From Podarcis filfolensis (taxonomy: Eukaryota): DNA of 64,000 nt. The translations under genes were made by a program, and so were the position numbers. This document shows, piece by piece, positions 13,361-25,365 of this stretch. The DNA lies in the NCBI GenBank assembly GCA_964270895.1, contig OZ185450.1; one strand, 5' to 3'. The notes under the pieces were generated by a model. It ran no database searches. It worked only from the letters and a program-made list of their open reading frames with translations, and had not been told where the DNA came from. Positions within the stretch are counted from its first letter, which is position 1; each line of letters starts with the position of its first letter.

Positions 13361-13974
13361 TATTTATATATTTCCTAGGTGCCTCCACTATGAAGTTGAA
13401 TGCCACAATTTCAGTTGTTGGCTGGTTTTAATTTAAATTATTTTTAATCATTTAAGTATTTATAACCTGCTCTTCGTTGAATATTTTCAGTTCCAGAGCA
13501 GGGGACAATAACAACAATATAGAAATATATGGATAAAATAATATAGAAAAAATACAGAATCCATAAGAACAAGTTCAGTAAATAACAAAATAGCAGCTCC
13601 ATCATAAAGCAAACAAAGCTAAAGTCCAATAAGGACAAAAATTAAAATTTTCTATGTAAACAAAGAATACAGGCAAGTCAGCAGACTGAAACAACCAAAT
13701 GATCTTAGCAACAGTTTCCACCCCATCTCTCATCAGCACTGTGCTTTTCTATTGTTTTATATGTGATGGTTTATTGGTATTCTTTGCTATGCAATAATAA
13801 ATCTCCCTGAAATCAATAGTTGTAGGTATTGGTTTTCTCAGCTTATATTTATAGCACTTAAAAACTAGGTGCTGCATAAAATATATAGACAGGCCCTGTT
13901 GAATTGACAATTTAAGTTAGACACAGCACCAGAAACAAAATACTAAAGTTGAACAGTTGATGAGATAATTGATC

Positions 13975-14175
13975 TAAGGTGGTGGATACTCTTTCATTGG
14001 AGGTTTTTAAACAGAGCTTGGATGGCCATCTGTCAGGGATTATTTAGTTGCAAGTCCTACACTGAAGAGGGTGGAACTAGATGTCCCTATGGGTCCCTTC
14101 AAACTCTGTTGTTGTTAAATTTATTTATACCCTGCCTTTTTCCGTGATGGACTCAAGGCGACTTACAATTCTATG
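13975..14175 (+). mobile_element. CR1 3' fragment with a short L2-type tail nested in its end
   Basis: ttggaggtttttaaacagagcttggatggccatctgtcaggg...cccttcaaactct, then a gttgttgtt-aaatttatttataccctgcc insert, then aattctatgat. Confidence 0.55.
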
Positions 14176-16246
14176 ATCCTATTAGCTTGCACATTTACAG
14201 GCTATTCAGGAAAGCCCTGACTTCTTTGTTTCCTTGGTGTTCAGAGTGCTGTGGCAGACAGGTTCCTTTGAAATGGCAGGCTGCAACCACCAACGGAAGT
14301 TGAAAAGTCGATATACCATACATAGTTGCTCCTTTAGCCATAGGGCTCTTCCTGCTTAGTCATTTTTGTTGACTTGTACCGATTTGATTCACTTGGATTT
14401 GTATAGAGGGCTCTCTCCCTGTAAACCAGTGATGGAGTGCTGCTTGCTCATAACAGCTTTGAACTAAAGCCATATCCCAGCCACGGTTTCCTTTTTGGCT
14501 TATAACCCTGGACTTGGTTGTGGAAGTTATTGTAAATCCCAGCTTGTGCTATAAACTGGATTGCTGATCCATGGCACAGTCAAAACTGTTTACTTGGTTT
14601 TTTAAATTCTTGGCACTGCCATCTTGGTGTACCAAATGAAAGCACTCTTGGAGTAGAATGAGTCAGATTTCCATTTCAGGCCATAACCTTGTCACAAGAG
14701 GACAGCACAGAAGGCAAGGTCTTGAGATTTACTTTACAGTGGCATTTCAGTACAACAGACTTTGTGCTTGGTTCAAAACACTGCATTAAAGATAGAGTAA
14801 CTTCAAAAGTCTGCAACTTTACTGTAGAAAAACCAAAGGAGCCAAGGGATTAAAGCTGTTGCTAAATACAAGAGTACTGTCTCCCTCTGTGGGTCATTCT
14901 TAACATCAGTTGAAAAACAAAAAAATAGAGCATAACTAGGGAAATGCTTTATGCAAACTAACTTGTTTCTTCTGTTTGCTAACCTTAGTGGAGATGAACA
15001 TAGTTCTTCCTCTGTGGTTTGGACCATGTCCGTTGCATCAGTTTTTGTTGTTGTCTTAGTCGTGTTCGACTCTGTGATCCCATGATAGTTACTAATTTTT
15101 TTTCAACCTGAAACACGGTTGTGGCATCCAGTTAAGTCCACGGCCTACTCTGCTTTTGCCCTTTACCACAACTGTGTCAAATTATGTCATCCTGCAAACC
15201 TTGAATCAAGTTTCCTGTACAATCTGTTTAAAAGATTTGCGAGAAAACAATCAGCTGTTCCTACTATGGGTGGATTTTGTGTTCTCTACTAGGGGGGCAA
15301 CACTTTAAAAGTGTATTGAAATGAGACAAGTGAATTTTATCAGTGTATGGAAAAAGTAAGGCTTGGAAGAGTGTTGCAGCATCATTCAACTCTTGCTGTG
15401 CCTTCTGCAAATCACCAGGGACAGACAGAATGTTGATCAGGATGTAAGACAAATTGGGAAGTCCCCAGTTTGGATTACTGTATATCAAGCCACATTTTTT
15501 CCAGCTTCCCATGCTGCAGTACTACTGACTTACCTTATAGGGTGGCTCTTAAGGATTCCAATGTGATACACAGGATGTACTTTAAAGGCTCACAAGTGAT
15601 ATATTCTAGGTATATTAATGACATCCACAGTCATATTTATTTGACTTTTTAGATAATGTGATGTGTACATTTCTGTTTGTTTCTAGTATCTGGGGCTTGT
15701 GACCGTCTAGTACAGAGCAGCCAATGTGGTGACTACCAGATATTGTTGAACTAAAATTTTGATTATCCCTTCCCATTGGCTATGATGGGAGTTGTAGTCC
15801 CATCAACATCTGGAAGATGGCTGCTTCTGCCCTGTAGTCTTTATTTTATTTTATTTTTGCTTCTGTCCAAGCATATTCAGATCCTTAGCATGCCCATACT
15901 TTCAGTTAAACTTTCTTCCAAGTATTTGGACTGTAAGATTGGGAAGTTAGATTGCAACAGAGTCAAGGTTTGAATTTATCAGAAGACTATGCTTACACTA
16001 ACAAAACCTTAAGAACATTTCTGTAAATGTTTGAAGATACTGCAGGTGCCAGTTATGGGAAATAATTATTGCTGACTTCAATTCATTGGTGATTTCTTGG
16101 TAACAACCACAAATCCACAGCTATGCCTCAGACTACCTGAATGAAGTTTGGGAATCCCTGATCTAGGGTATGCACTTCAGTTGAACAGGCTTCTTAAAAT
16201 TGCCTGCACTTCAAAGAAGCTGTGTAAAATAAAGTAAATTCTATGC

Positions 16247-16458
16247 CAGAGCTTTCCAAGCTGTGTGTCACATTAGTGTGTCGGCTGCAGTGTATAGGTG
16301 TGTTGCGCGAACGCTCCCCATGCTCCTCCTGGGGCTGGAAAGGGGTTAGTTTAACCTCTGGTTTGCTAGTAAAGCTGAATTACTGTGTCGCTAAATGATG
16401 CAAATAAAAAGTGTGACTAAAAAGTGTGTCACCAACATGAAAAGTTTGGAAAACTTTG
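16247..16458. mobile_element. hAT-type MITE
   Basis: TIR CAGAGCTTTCCAA / TTGGAAAACTTTG; TSD TTCTATGC/TTCTATAC. Confidence 0.8.
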
Positions 16459-17697
16459 TTCTATACCCATTACTTGTGGGTGAATGGTAACTGGTTGTCT
16501 AGGCCTCACAAAGAGTTTAATAGCTTCTTATTTAAGAAATACATGTCCACCTTTTGACTTTCAAAAGTCCTCAAGGGGGTTGACAGAGAAATGAATTAAA
16601 AACCCATAAAAACAGCATTAAAAATCATAAAATGAAGTGGCAAGCTGTTAATAAAAGCAGCAAACTACCATAATAAAACAACAAGTACATGATAAAATGA
16701 AGGGATGCTAAATGCAAGGGAATAGGATCCACTTTGACCCTCTTGTTACCTTGGCAGGTACTTGGTGAAATATTGAGGAATTAATTTGACAGTTTAGGCA
16801 CTACCACAAAAAAAGCTTGCTCTCACTAGCTGGGGACATACGGAGAAGGGCCTTTGAAGCTGACCTTGGTTGCCTGGCGGGTTCACGTGCTAACTAGTGC
16901 TCTTTTGCAGGTCACAAGCAATTTAGGCTGCTCTCAGTCAACACCTGGAAAGCAACTGGGATCTGGATTTATTCTTCACACAAATGATTTAATGGATAGC
17001 CTATAACCTTGATTTATTTGTATCTTAATAAAGCAATAATTTTCTTTAGTGTGTAAACACATTTTTAGACCAACTTACAGCCTAAGTAAATAATGACAAA
17101 CTGAAGTTGATGGTCAGGTTTGGTATGAGTATTCTGCATTATAAAAGACATCATTTTTTTGCCCAAGGGAAGGAACTAGAGATGTGAAGGCCCAGAATAA
17201 GCAGAAGGGGTAATTTTTCCCTTGCCCCTAGCCTTTATGTATCATGGGGCAACTAGCTTGTACAGGTGATCATAGCAGGCTTATTGGCTAAATAACAAGG
17301 TAAAATACTTTAAACTATGTTTTATTGGAATTTATAGTTGGTTGTAGCATACGTAATTAGATAGCCATTCTTTCAGGGAAGAAGAATCTAGCCACAAGCC
17401 AGTTTGGAGGCTCACAGGGGAGTAGGACCATATGGCTAGGAATGAGCAACTTGGTTTCTCTGAAATGGCTTTATGTGTTGGGCATTTGGTATATCATTGA
17501 ATATGAGCTTTGTGTTTACGAGATAATGAGCAAACTAGGGACCCTGAGAATGTGGCATAGAACAACTGAGTTCTAACTTAAAGAGCACTTGGATAAGCTC
17601 TGAAAGTTATTTGTTTGCTTGTTACAAATGAAGCACAAGACATGTGTAAATGTTACCTCTTCTATAACAGTATATATATATTTTCTTTTTTGAACAG

Positions 17698-17800
17698 AGC
17701 TCAACAAAAACCCAGTGGAAGGATTTTCAGCAGGTTTAATAGATGACAATGATCTATATCGATGGGAAGTTCTTATTATTGGTCCACCAGATACACTGTA
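17698..17800 (+). CDS. UBE2G1: UBE2G1 (ubiquitin-conjugating enzyme E2 G1) coding exon 2
   Basis: ttttgaacag|AGCTCAAC...ACACTGTA|gtaagt; 103 nt encoding (E)LNKNPVEGFSAGLIDDNDLYRWEVLIIGPPDTL(Y), matching vertebrate UBE2G1. Exon 1 lies upstream of the window. Confidence 0.97.
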
Positions 17801-18697
17801 GTAAGTATCCCTAGCTGTTTAACTAAAATACCTGCTTGCTTAAGCATCTAATATTTTGATAACTAGCTTCTTCTGCCCTCTCAAGACTGATTTGATATGG
17901 AGCGGGGAATTAAATAGTGGTATAAAATGTATGTATTTGAAGTCTGAATTATCCTGGGTTACAGTAATTCTATCCTAAATCTAATGGGGATAACTTGTAA
18001 TATTGTGTTTGTAAGAAGTAAAACTAGCTACTTGTTTCAGTCTCCATGTAGATAATATTCTGTCTCCCTGCAGGGCACAAGGACAGACTTGCACTATGAA
18101 TAACTGACTGAAAGCAAAACTATAGCAAGACCTAGATACAAGCTTCCCCTTAAGACTTTGGAGGGAGTGAAGGATAAATGTTTTGAACAGGACAAGCTTT
18201 TCTCTTTTTTTTGGTTCATGAAGTTTGAGACCTAAATAAATTATCTTCCTTTATCACTTGAACTAAAGTGTACACATATAAAACAGACATTTTCCCAAAA
18301 CGAAACACTTGAGTATCCAGCTAGCACCAATAAGCAAAGCTCAGGACCGGAGAAAAGGTCTTGACAACCACAGTAGCATGGCAGCTGGCTAACATAATAT
18401 TATTCTAATTTTGGGTCTCGTATAGAAGACAATTGCCATTACCATATTCCTCAGGTGGAGGTACCTAAGGCATCATAAGGCAGATTGAGGTGGCAATCTT
18501 AAACATACTTATTATGAAATAAGCTGTGTTGAGCACAGTGGGATTTACTTCTGAGTAAACATGCCTAGGATTGCACTGTCAGTTTGCAAGTAAAAACGAC
18601 ATGCACCCTGATGTATGAGGCTTGGGGACTTCCATTGCAAAATGATGGTCTCTGCTCATTGTTTGAGAGTATCTACTTGTGCTACACTGGAGTCAAG

Positions 18698-18918
18698 TTA
18701 CAGATAGGTCTGTACACAGATAGGTGTTGGTCTGTCATAGTCAAAACAAAAAAAAAATTTTCCTTCCAGTAGCACCTTAAAGACCAACTAAGTTAGTTCT
18801 TGGTATCTGAAGTGTATCTGAAGAAGTGTGCATGCACACGAAAGCTCATACCAAGAACTAACTTAGTTGGTCTTTAAGGTGCTACTGGAAGGAAAAAATT
18901 TTTTTGTTTTGTTTTGAC
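18698..18918. mobile_element. Second Penelope-like palindromic insertion
   Basis: Arms 18740-18806 and 18848-18918, near-identical to the 10467 copy but with the tail on the opposite side; 12-bp direct repeat ACTGGAGTCAAG at 18686 and 18917. Confidence 0.78.
18814..18851 (+). ncRNA. Minimal type I hammerhead ribozyme motif (Penelope-type)
   Basis: GUAU-CUGAAGA-A-GUGUGC-AU-GCACAC-GAAA-GC-UC/AUAC: core CUGANGA and GAAA, 6-bp stem II, 4-bp stem I, palindromic AGCU stem III, CUC cleavage triplet. Activity untested. Confidence 0.65.
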
Positions 18919-21900
18919 TGGAGTCAAGAGTTGTTTGACAGGGCAAGTGGGTTGTGCTCCTCCTGTTTGGAGGCAGGAAACGTTGAAGCTTGCATCATTT
19001 ACACTCAACTATGTGTAAATTGCTGGGAGACATCCCTAGGACCTTAAGGCATATAATGCAGCAACTTTTCTAGAGCTAAGCAGGTATTGGGACTGGCCAG
19101 TGCTTGATGGGAGACTGCTTGGTGGGCATCACACTGACTACCCTTGCCATTCACTTGAGTTCATGGAAAGAAAGTGGAACATCATAAATACACATTTTTC
19201 CATGCAGAGTAGGTGGTGGTGCAACCAGCAAAATAGAGCCCCTCCTGAGGATCTTGGGGACCATATTGTATGCTCTGATCTGAATAATTTGGTTTGCTTA
19301 GGGTGGTCTTTGTTCTGTCTTTGGCTACAAAAACAGGGCCTTAAAGCTTTAAATGTAACTTCTCAAGGAAAAATTCTGAGGAATTATGTGCTTATGACCA
19401 TTTGTGAAATAGAAGGTGGCAGATGAATCACTTTCTGCTTGTTGGCATATTAATTGGAATAAATGCTGGGTATACAAATGGCAAGGCCTGGAAAAATATC
19501 TGGTGTCTGGTAGCATGGGCACCTAGAAAGAAGTGTGATACTGTTGCCTAGGAAATTAAAACATTTCTCTAGTCATGCTCCTGATGTAAAAGAGAGCCAG
19601 AAAAACAAGGCTACTTTCTTGAACAGGTGCTAGCTGCAAATGGCATTGATTATGTGAAACTACATGTCTTGCCACTATTCCTATTTAATATGTTCAAGTT
19701 CAGGCATCTGTCCTAGTGTTAACACCTGCCTCATACAAAACGCCATTTTAGGCACAGAGCCAACAAGCTGGCTTATTCATTAAATACATATGATGGTGAA
19801 ACGTGTATGTGGATTTGCAACACTTGCTTTGGAACAAATGTTTGCCAGTCCTGTACCCACAGAAACCTGAAAGATTTTTTTTATTCCCCTTTAGTGAAAT
19901 TTTCAATCTGCATATGGTCTTAAGGTGTTCAGATGTCTTGTGTTCTAGTGGGTGTTCAAATCCATACCTACAATATGGGTTCCAGTGTAACTAAATATAC
20001 ATGTCCCCTTCTCTTTCTGCTTTTCCTCTTCTACCTTAGGGATATCTATCTGAATTTATTGTGCTTTAGCTAAACTACAATTCCAAAGATTGGGACAGGT
20101 GGGAGGCAGGGGATAGAGTTGTACTGTAGACGTGCTCCTCCCTTCTTTCTACCCCATCCCAATCTTTTTATTATTGTTGTTGTGCTTTGTTAATGCCAAC
20201 ATACCCCTAACAACAAAAGAGCAAAGTAAAGTAGAACAAATAGCTGAGGTTTGTGAATAATCATTTTAAAAATTTGCCTTTTCAGTTGATAGGGCTCATA
20301 TAAAGAAAATATTGTTACATTCAGGTAGACTTAAGAGTTCATTATAGACTTGCCATATAGAGTGTTAGCATATAATTTCTGTAATCTATTATATGTAGCT
20401 AGTTCATGTACGGCAAGTAAAGATAGGTCTTACTTCTATTGGTGCATTGGTGGACTGTGTCTACTTTTCCTCTGTCAGTGTTTCTTTAAAGCAAACATGG
20501 CACAGTACCACCCAGACCATGATCTACTTGTGATTATCAACACATTAGTTGGACCTAGTGGTTTGAGTACCACCTCGTCAGTACAGTGAAGGGGGAAAGC
20601 AGAAAAGGCAATACATAGCAATCTGTAAAATCCATACGATGGTCATATGAAAGACTTTACTCTTTGTACATGTAGATTGGAGTGTCACTTTCTTTAAGTT
20701 ATACTGTTTGCATGTAACACTGAGCAAAATGGATTGTAAGCAGATAAACTTAAGGCCCAAGCTTAAGCATGTGTACTTGTAAACGAATCCCATTTAAAAA
20801 TCAGTGAGACTTACTTCAATTGGCTTTGCCACACATGACACTTAAGTCTGATTTTTAAACTAGCAAACCCTAGGCTAAATGCATTATGGTTCTCTAGTAC
20901 TTCCTCTTGAAATTGTAGACTTGACCCAATGAGCCATTCACTAAAGAGAAATAGGAAGAAGTTTAAGGAATTGATTAAATAAGTTTTTCTCAAATATTGG
21001 GTTGGGCCCCAACATTGGCCTTGAGCTACTTTCAGGTGGGCCACAGACTGCACAGTGCCTCCTTGCTTGCCTACCTTGCTCCATAGCCATGTCATAGCCT
21101 TTTGGTTCAACCTGTGCTGGCACCAGTGATTCTTTGGATGCTGAGTAAAAGTGGCTGGACTATAGAGAAGTAGGTGTAGGAAGGGATCCCTCTTCTGAGT
21201 GAAAAGGGCCAGATGAGGTGCTCAAAGAAATTAGAAAGTGAGATAAAGGGGTATTTTTTGTTAATAATAAATAAATAAATAAATAAAACTGGGAATAGAA
21301 AAGAAAGTTGTTGTAGAAGGAAGTAGTGAATGTGAAATGACCATGGAGGAGAGATGTAAGAAACCCGAAGTAGGGTTTTTTGGGGGCAGGAGGTAGAATA
21401 AAGTACAGGTTGAATGTGATAGACTGGAAGAAGTAGTTACAGGACATGGGTAAAAAAATACTTTTGAGGTTCTGCTGAAGTTTTATTCTGGAGGATGCAC
21501 TGTGTGTAGATCGCTAACAAAAAAAGTTTTACCTGGGCGGAATAATTATTTGTTCTATGTTACTTGATGTATTGCATTCATCAACTTTTGCAATAACCTT
21601 TACTGTCTCAAAAATGGCAAATATCTGTACTGCTGAAGACATTTTTATTATTCTGTACCTAGATATTATTCTTGAAAATAAATAAAATTATACAAAAATT
21701 ACTTTTGAGTGGCAAGTGCATAGAGGCTGGGGAAAAGATGAAAGAGAGTCTTCACATAATACTGTGGTTCAGCAGATTCTTCGTAAAATGAGGAGAGTGA
21801 GTCACAATACCTCCAGAGCAAATGCCCATTCTTGGCTTGAGGAAAGGGTGAGCTTTAGGACTCCTTGCCCCAAGGAAAACACTGTGGCAAAGAAATGAGA

Positions 21901-22316
21901 AATTTCCAGAGTTTGATTAGATATTGGTAATTGCCAACTGATAGTGCCAAATTCTGCCTTCATCTGCAACCATTTTATGACAGGCTCTGATGCACCACCA
22001 CCATTTTCTGACTGGTGAGCCTCAGAATTTTTCAGTTGTCTCAAGTGAACTCTGGGTGTAGAAAGTTTGAGAACCCCTGGAATAAATAATAATCCTGAGA
22101 TATATTCTGAAAAATTGATGCTGAAGCCCCAGAATAGGCATTGCTTGGGGAAATACACGTCTTGCTCTGCCATTTAATAAATAATCATTCCTAGTAATGC
22201 TCCAAAGTGTTGTACTAGGATCTGATGACTGCTTAAATTCAAAGCAATGGTGAACTTAAATCACTTGAAACTTCTAAATGCAGTGACTGAAAATTCTCCC
22301 CCCTTTTTTTTTCCAG

Positions 22317-22414
22317 TGAAGGCGGCGTCTTCAAAGCTCACCTTACTTTCCCAAAGGACTATCCACTCAGGCCGCCAAAAATGAAGTTTATCACAGAAAT
22401 ATGGCATCCAAATG
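22317..22414 (+). CDS. UBE2G1: UBE2G1 coding exon 3
   Basis: tttttccag|TGAAGGC...CCAAATG|gtaaga; 98 nt, [32 protein letters not shown] (E2 HPN motif); phases join exons 2 and 4. Confidence 0.97.
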
Positions 22415-23809
22415 GTAAGACGCTGATGTCATGTGTAAAGTGTGGTGTTCTGTCTTGCATCTGGAATGAATATGAACTAAGTTGAGAGCCCCAATTTTGG
22501 ATAATGGGAAATTATTAGGAAGGAATGTAAATATTTGGGTTCAGGGAAAAAAAAATACTTTGGCTGGTTTCTGTGTCTTTCCTTTAACTGTAGGTATGAT
22601 ATATTGGCCACGGGTGATATACAACATAAACTACCGCTCAAGATTGTTGTTAAAATACATGCATACCACCTTTATCTCCTTGGAGGAAATGTGGGATATA
22701 AATGCAGCAATAAAATTATTAAAATATTGGTTAGGTATCATCCATGTGACAGTTGGGTGATTAGGCTCTCAGTACACTGCTTGCATACAGTCTAATATAG
22801 AAAATTAGGTAGTATTTTAAATTTGTAGTGTGGAAACTGGAATTTTAAGCCTCATCTGACTCTGGATAACTTAGTTTCTTTGGATTATTTAGTTATTTAT
22901 TAAAATAATTCATATTTTATGCCTTTCATTTTGAAAAGAAATTCCAAAGTGATCCACAAACAAAACAACTAAATATCACAACAAAACAACTAAATAAAAC
23001 CAAGTTAAAATGTCAGCCACAGAAGCCAGGAGTGCCAGGAGCCAGTATTTATGGTCAGAGAAATGCCTTGAGTACATTTTCAATTTTCAGTGGAAACTTT
23101 GAGATCATTCCACAAGATAGATGCCACAATGGAGAAAGCTGTTTTTCTCTCCACTGTAAGATGTACATCTGCACACTGTGAAACAATGAATAGGGCCTCC
23201 TTTACTGGAACCTGTTTTAGTATTAGCCTCTGTTCCCCATTTTTAAAATGGAAATAATTGTGTATTGGATTACACAGCAGTTGCCATAGTCAACTAACGG
23301 CACACTTCTACTGGTGTATTTTGAAGATAAAGATAATTAGCAGTGGTGAATTGCAGTTTCCAGTTTAGCTGGTGGATCCATATATTGTGAATGTAAGCAG
23401 AGCCTTACTGGATTGGATCAAAGGTCCATCTGTTTCAACTTGCCCTTCCCAAGAGCCAGACAGATGCTTCCACAAACAGGGCATGAACATCACTGATAAT
23501 CATTGATATGTTTATCCTCCCCTAGCTAACATTCATCACCACATCTTTGGGCAGCAAATTCCATATATTAACTAGTTGTGAATCCTATTGTCAGTCAACT
23601 GAATCTTGCTCACTATTAACACTTGTACTCCATGTTTCTGACAAATATTCCTATTAATGTTATCCTTAATAGTTGGGTGGAATTGATGGCCATAGCAGAG
23701 GACAAAACTCTCCAGCAGCCTCACTACTTTGCTTTTCATTGTTATCTGAAGACAGGACTTGTGCTACAATGTTAAGGCTCTGAAATTCTATTTTTTTTCT
23801 TCTTGGTAG

Positions 23810-23988
23810 TTGATAAAAATGGTGATGTCTGTATTTCCATCCTTCATGAACCTGGTGAAGACAAATATGGCTATGAGAAACCTGAAGAACGCTGGCTTCC
23901 CATCCATACTGTGGAAACCATAATGATTAGTGTAATTTCTATGCTGGCAGATCCCAACGGTGACTCTCCTGCTAACGTTGATGCAGCG
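23810..23988 (+). CDS. UBE2G1: UBE2G1 coding exon 4 (catalytic Cys and acidic loop)
   Basis: cttggtag|TTGATAAA...GCAGCG|gtatga; 179 nt, VDKNGDVCISILHEPGEDKYGYEKPEERWLPIHTVETIMISVISMLADPNGDSPANVDAA; carries the Ubc7/Cdc34-type acidic insertion after the active-site Cys. Confidence 0.98.
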
Positions 23989-24287
23989 GTATGACTTGCA
24001 GCTTGTAAATAAATCTCTTCCCAGCATTACTGTTGAAATACCGTGGAATGGTTTCACGGCACACAGCTTTATCCCATTAAGATGACTTTTTAGTAATAAA
24101 AGGGACAGGAGTTGAACAAATGTAATGTGGTCATGGTATAATTTCAAGTGTAATAGGAGTCTCTCCCTATTTTGCTGTCCATATTCAGAGGTGACCAGCA
24201 TCTCTGGATTTTTTTAAATAAGCAGCCATATTTGTAATCTTTTTTTCTTAACTGTGTGAACAATAACAGGCATGTATGTAATAAATA

Positions 24288-24520
24288 CAGTGGTACCTTG
24301 TGTTGTGTAACCTACAGGTTACAGAATCTTTGGGTTACGGCTGTGGCAAACCCAGAAGTGGGTTTGCCGCTCACGCAGAAACACTCTGCGCGCTTTGCGC
24401 ATGTGCAGAAGCACTCTGCAGCACCATGCGTGTGTGCAGTAGCGATCCTCTGGTTGCGAAATTTTCGGGATATGGCCGGGCCTCAGGAACGGATCCCGTT
24501 CGTAACTGGAGGTACCACTG
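24288..24520. mobile_element. Tc1/mariner (Tigger-like) MITE
   Basis: TA|CAGTGGTACCT ... AGGTACCACTG|TA. Confidence 0.88.
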
Positions 24521-25278
24521 TATTACATGATAGTTGTCCAGTTGGTTATTTATATGTACCTGCCCTTTCCTGCTCATCTTGTGTGCTCAGGTTGAGAAGA
24601 GTTCCTACTTGATTGATACACCACTGCATATATTGGAGTATCACTTCTGTTTAGGTTCTTTGTCTCAGAAAGAGCTGCATACCTTTAAACCTCTGACTGA
24701 ACTTATACAAGCATGGAATATGGTATCTAATTGTCCATGAGTTTGGAGTTTTTCCTGGTACTGCCAAATTGGACTTGAAAATGTAGCATGCGGCCTTGTG
24801 AATTCTTGAAATAGAAGGAAGTGTTTCAGGAACTGTGGTTTCAATATTCTGCTTTGATCCTGGTGTGTCTTGATAAGTGGAAAGAGCAGGATGATTGATT
24901 ACGCAGATCTGATTAACTTACTCAAGATGCAGGATTTGGCACAGAATGTTGATTCTTCTAGCTTAGAATACATATAACCCTGATTCAGGCTTCAGAATGG
25001 ATGGCTTGTATACTGTCAATCAAAGATCAATGGAAAAGTCCTCCTTTTAAAAAACAAAACTGAATCCCAGATAGCACTTGCTATGACACCACCCATCAAG
25101 CTACCAATTAAAACTCTTGTTTTAATGACGGAAGTTTCGTATTTAATTACAAATGTTGGTTACTTTTATTGCCAAGTATTTTATAGCACTCTTCGTGGGT
25201 TTTAGAGGAGCTGAAAAAATAATGAAGTTACTTGTGGTGGCTTGAAGAATCATTTGAAATTTGGATTTCAATTTACAG

Positions 25279-25365
25279 AAAGAATGGAGGGAAGATAGAA
25301 ATGGAGAATTCAAAAGGAAAGTTGCCCGCTGTGTAAGAAAAAGCCAAGAGACTGCTTTTGAGTGA
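25279..25365 (+). CDS. UBE2G1: UBE2G1 last coding exon (exon 5)
   Basis: atttacag|AAAGAATGG...GAGTGA; KEWREDRNGEFKRKVARCVRKSQETAFE*. The exon continues 39 nt to a donor CAGG|gtaagt at 25404/25405. Confidence 0.97.
   Translation, partial: KEWREDRNGEFKRKVARCVRKSQETAFE

Noticed and set aside
13444-13638. Hydrophobic membrane-protein-like short ORF
   Set aside because: It arises from A-rich low-complexity sequence read on the minus strand; no splice or promoter support.
17805-17813. GTATCCCTA resembling a U12 donor 4 nt inside UBE2G1 intron 2
   Set aside because: It mismatches the GTATCCTTT consensus and its use would create an immediate stop; the canonical gtaagt donor explains the protein.
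23788-24201. 137-aa antisense ORF over UBE2G1 exon 4
   Set aside because: Antisense shadow of a real exon with no recognisable domain; the same applies to 44686-45171 over ANKFY1 exon 2 and the plus-strand ORFs over the RBMX2 copy.
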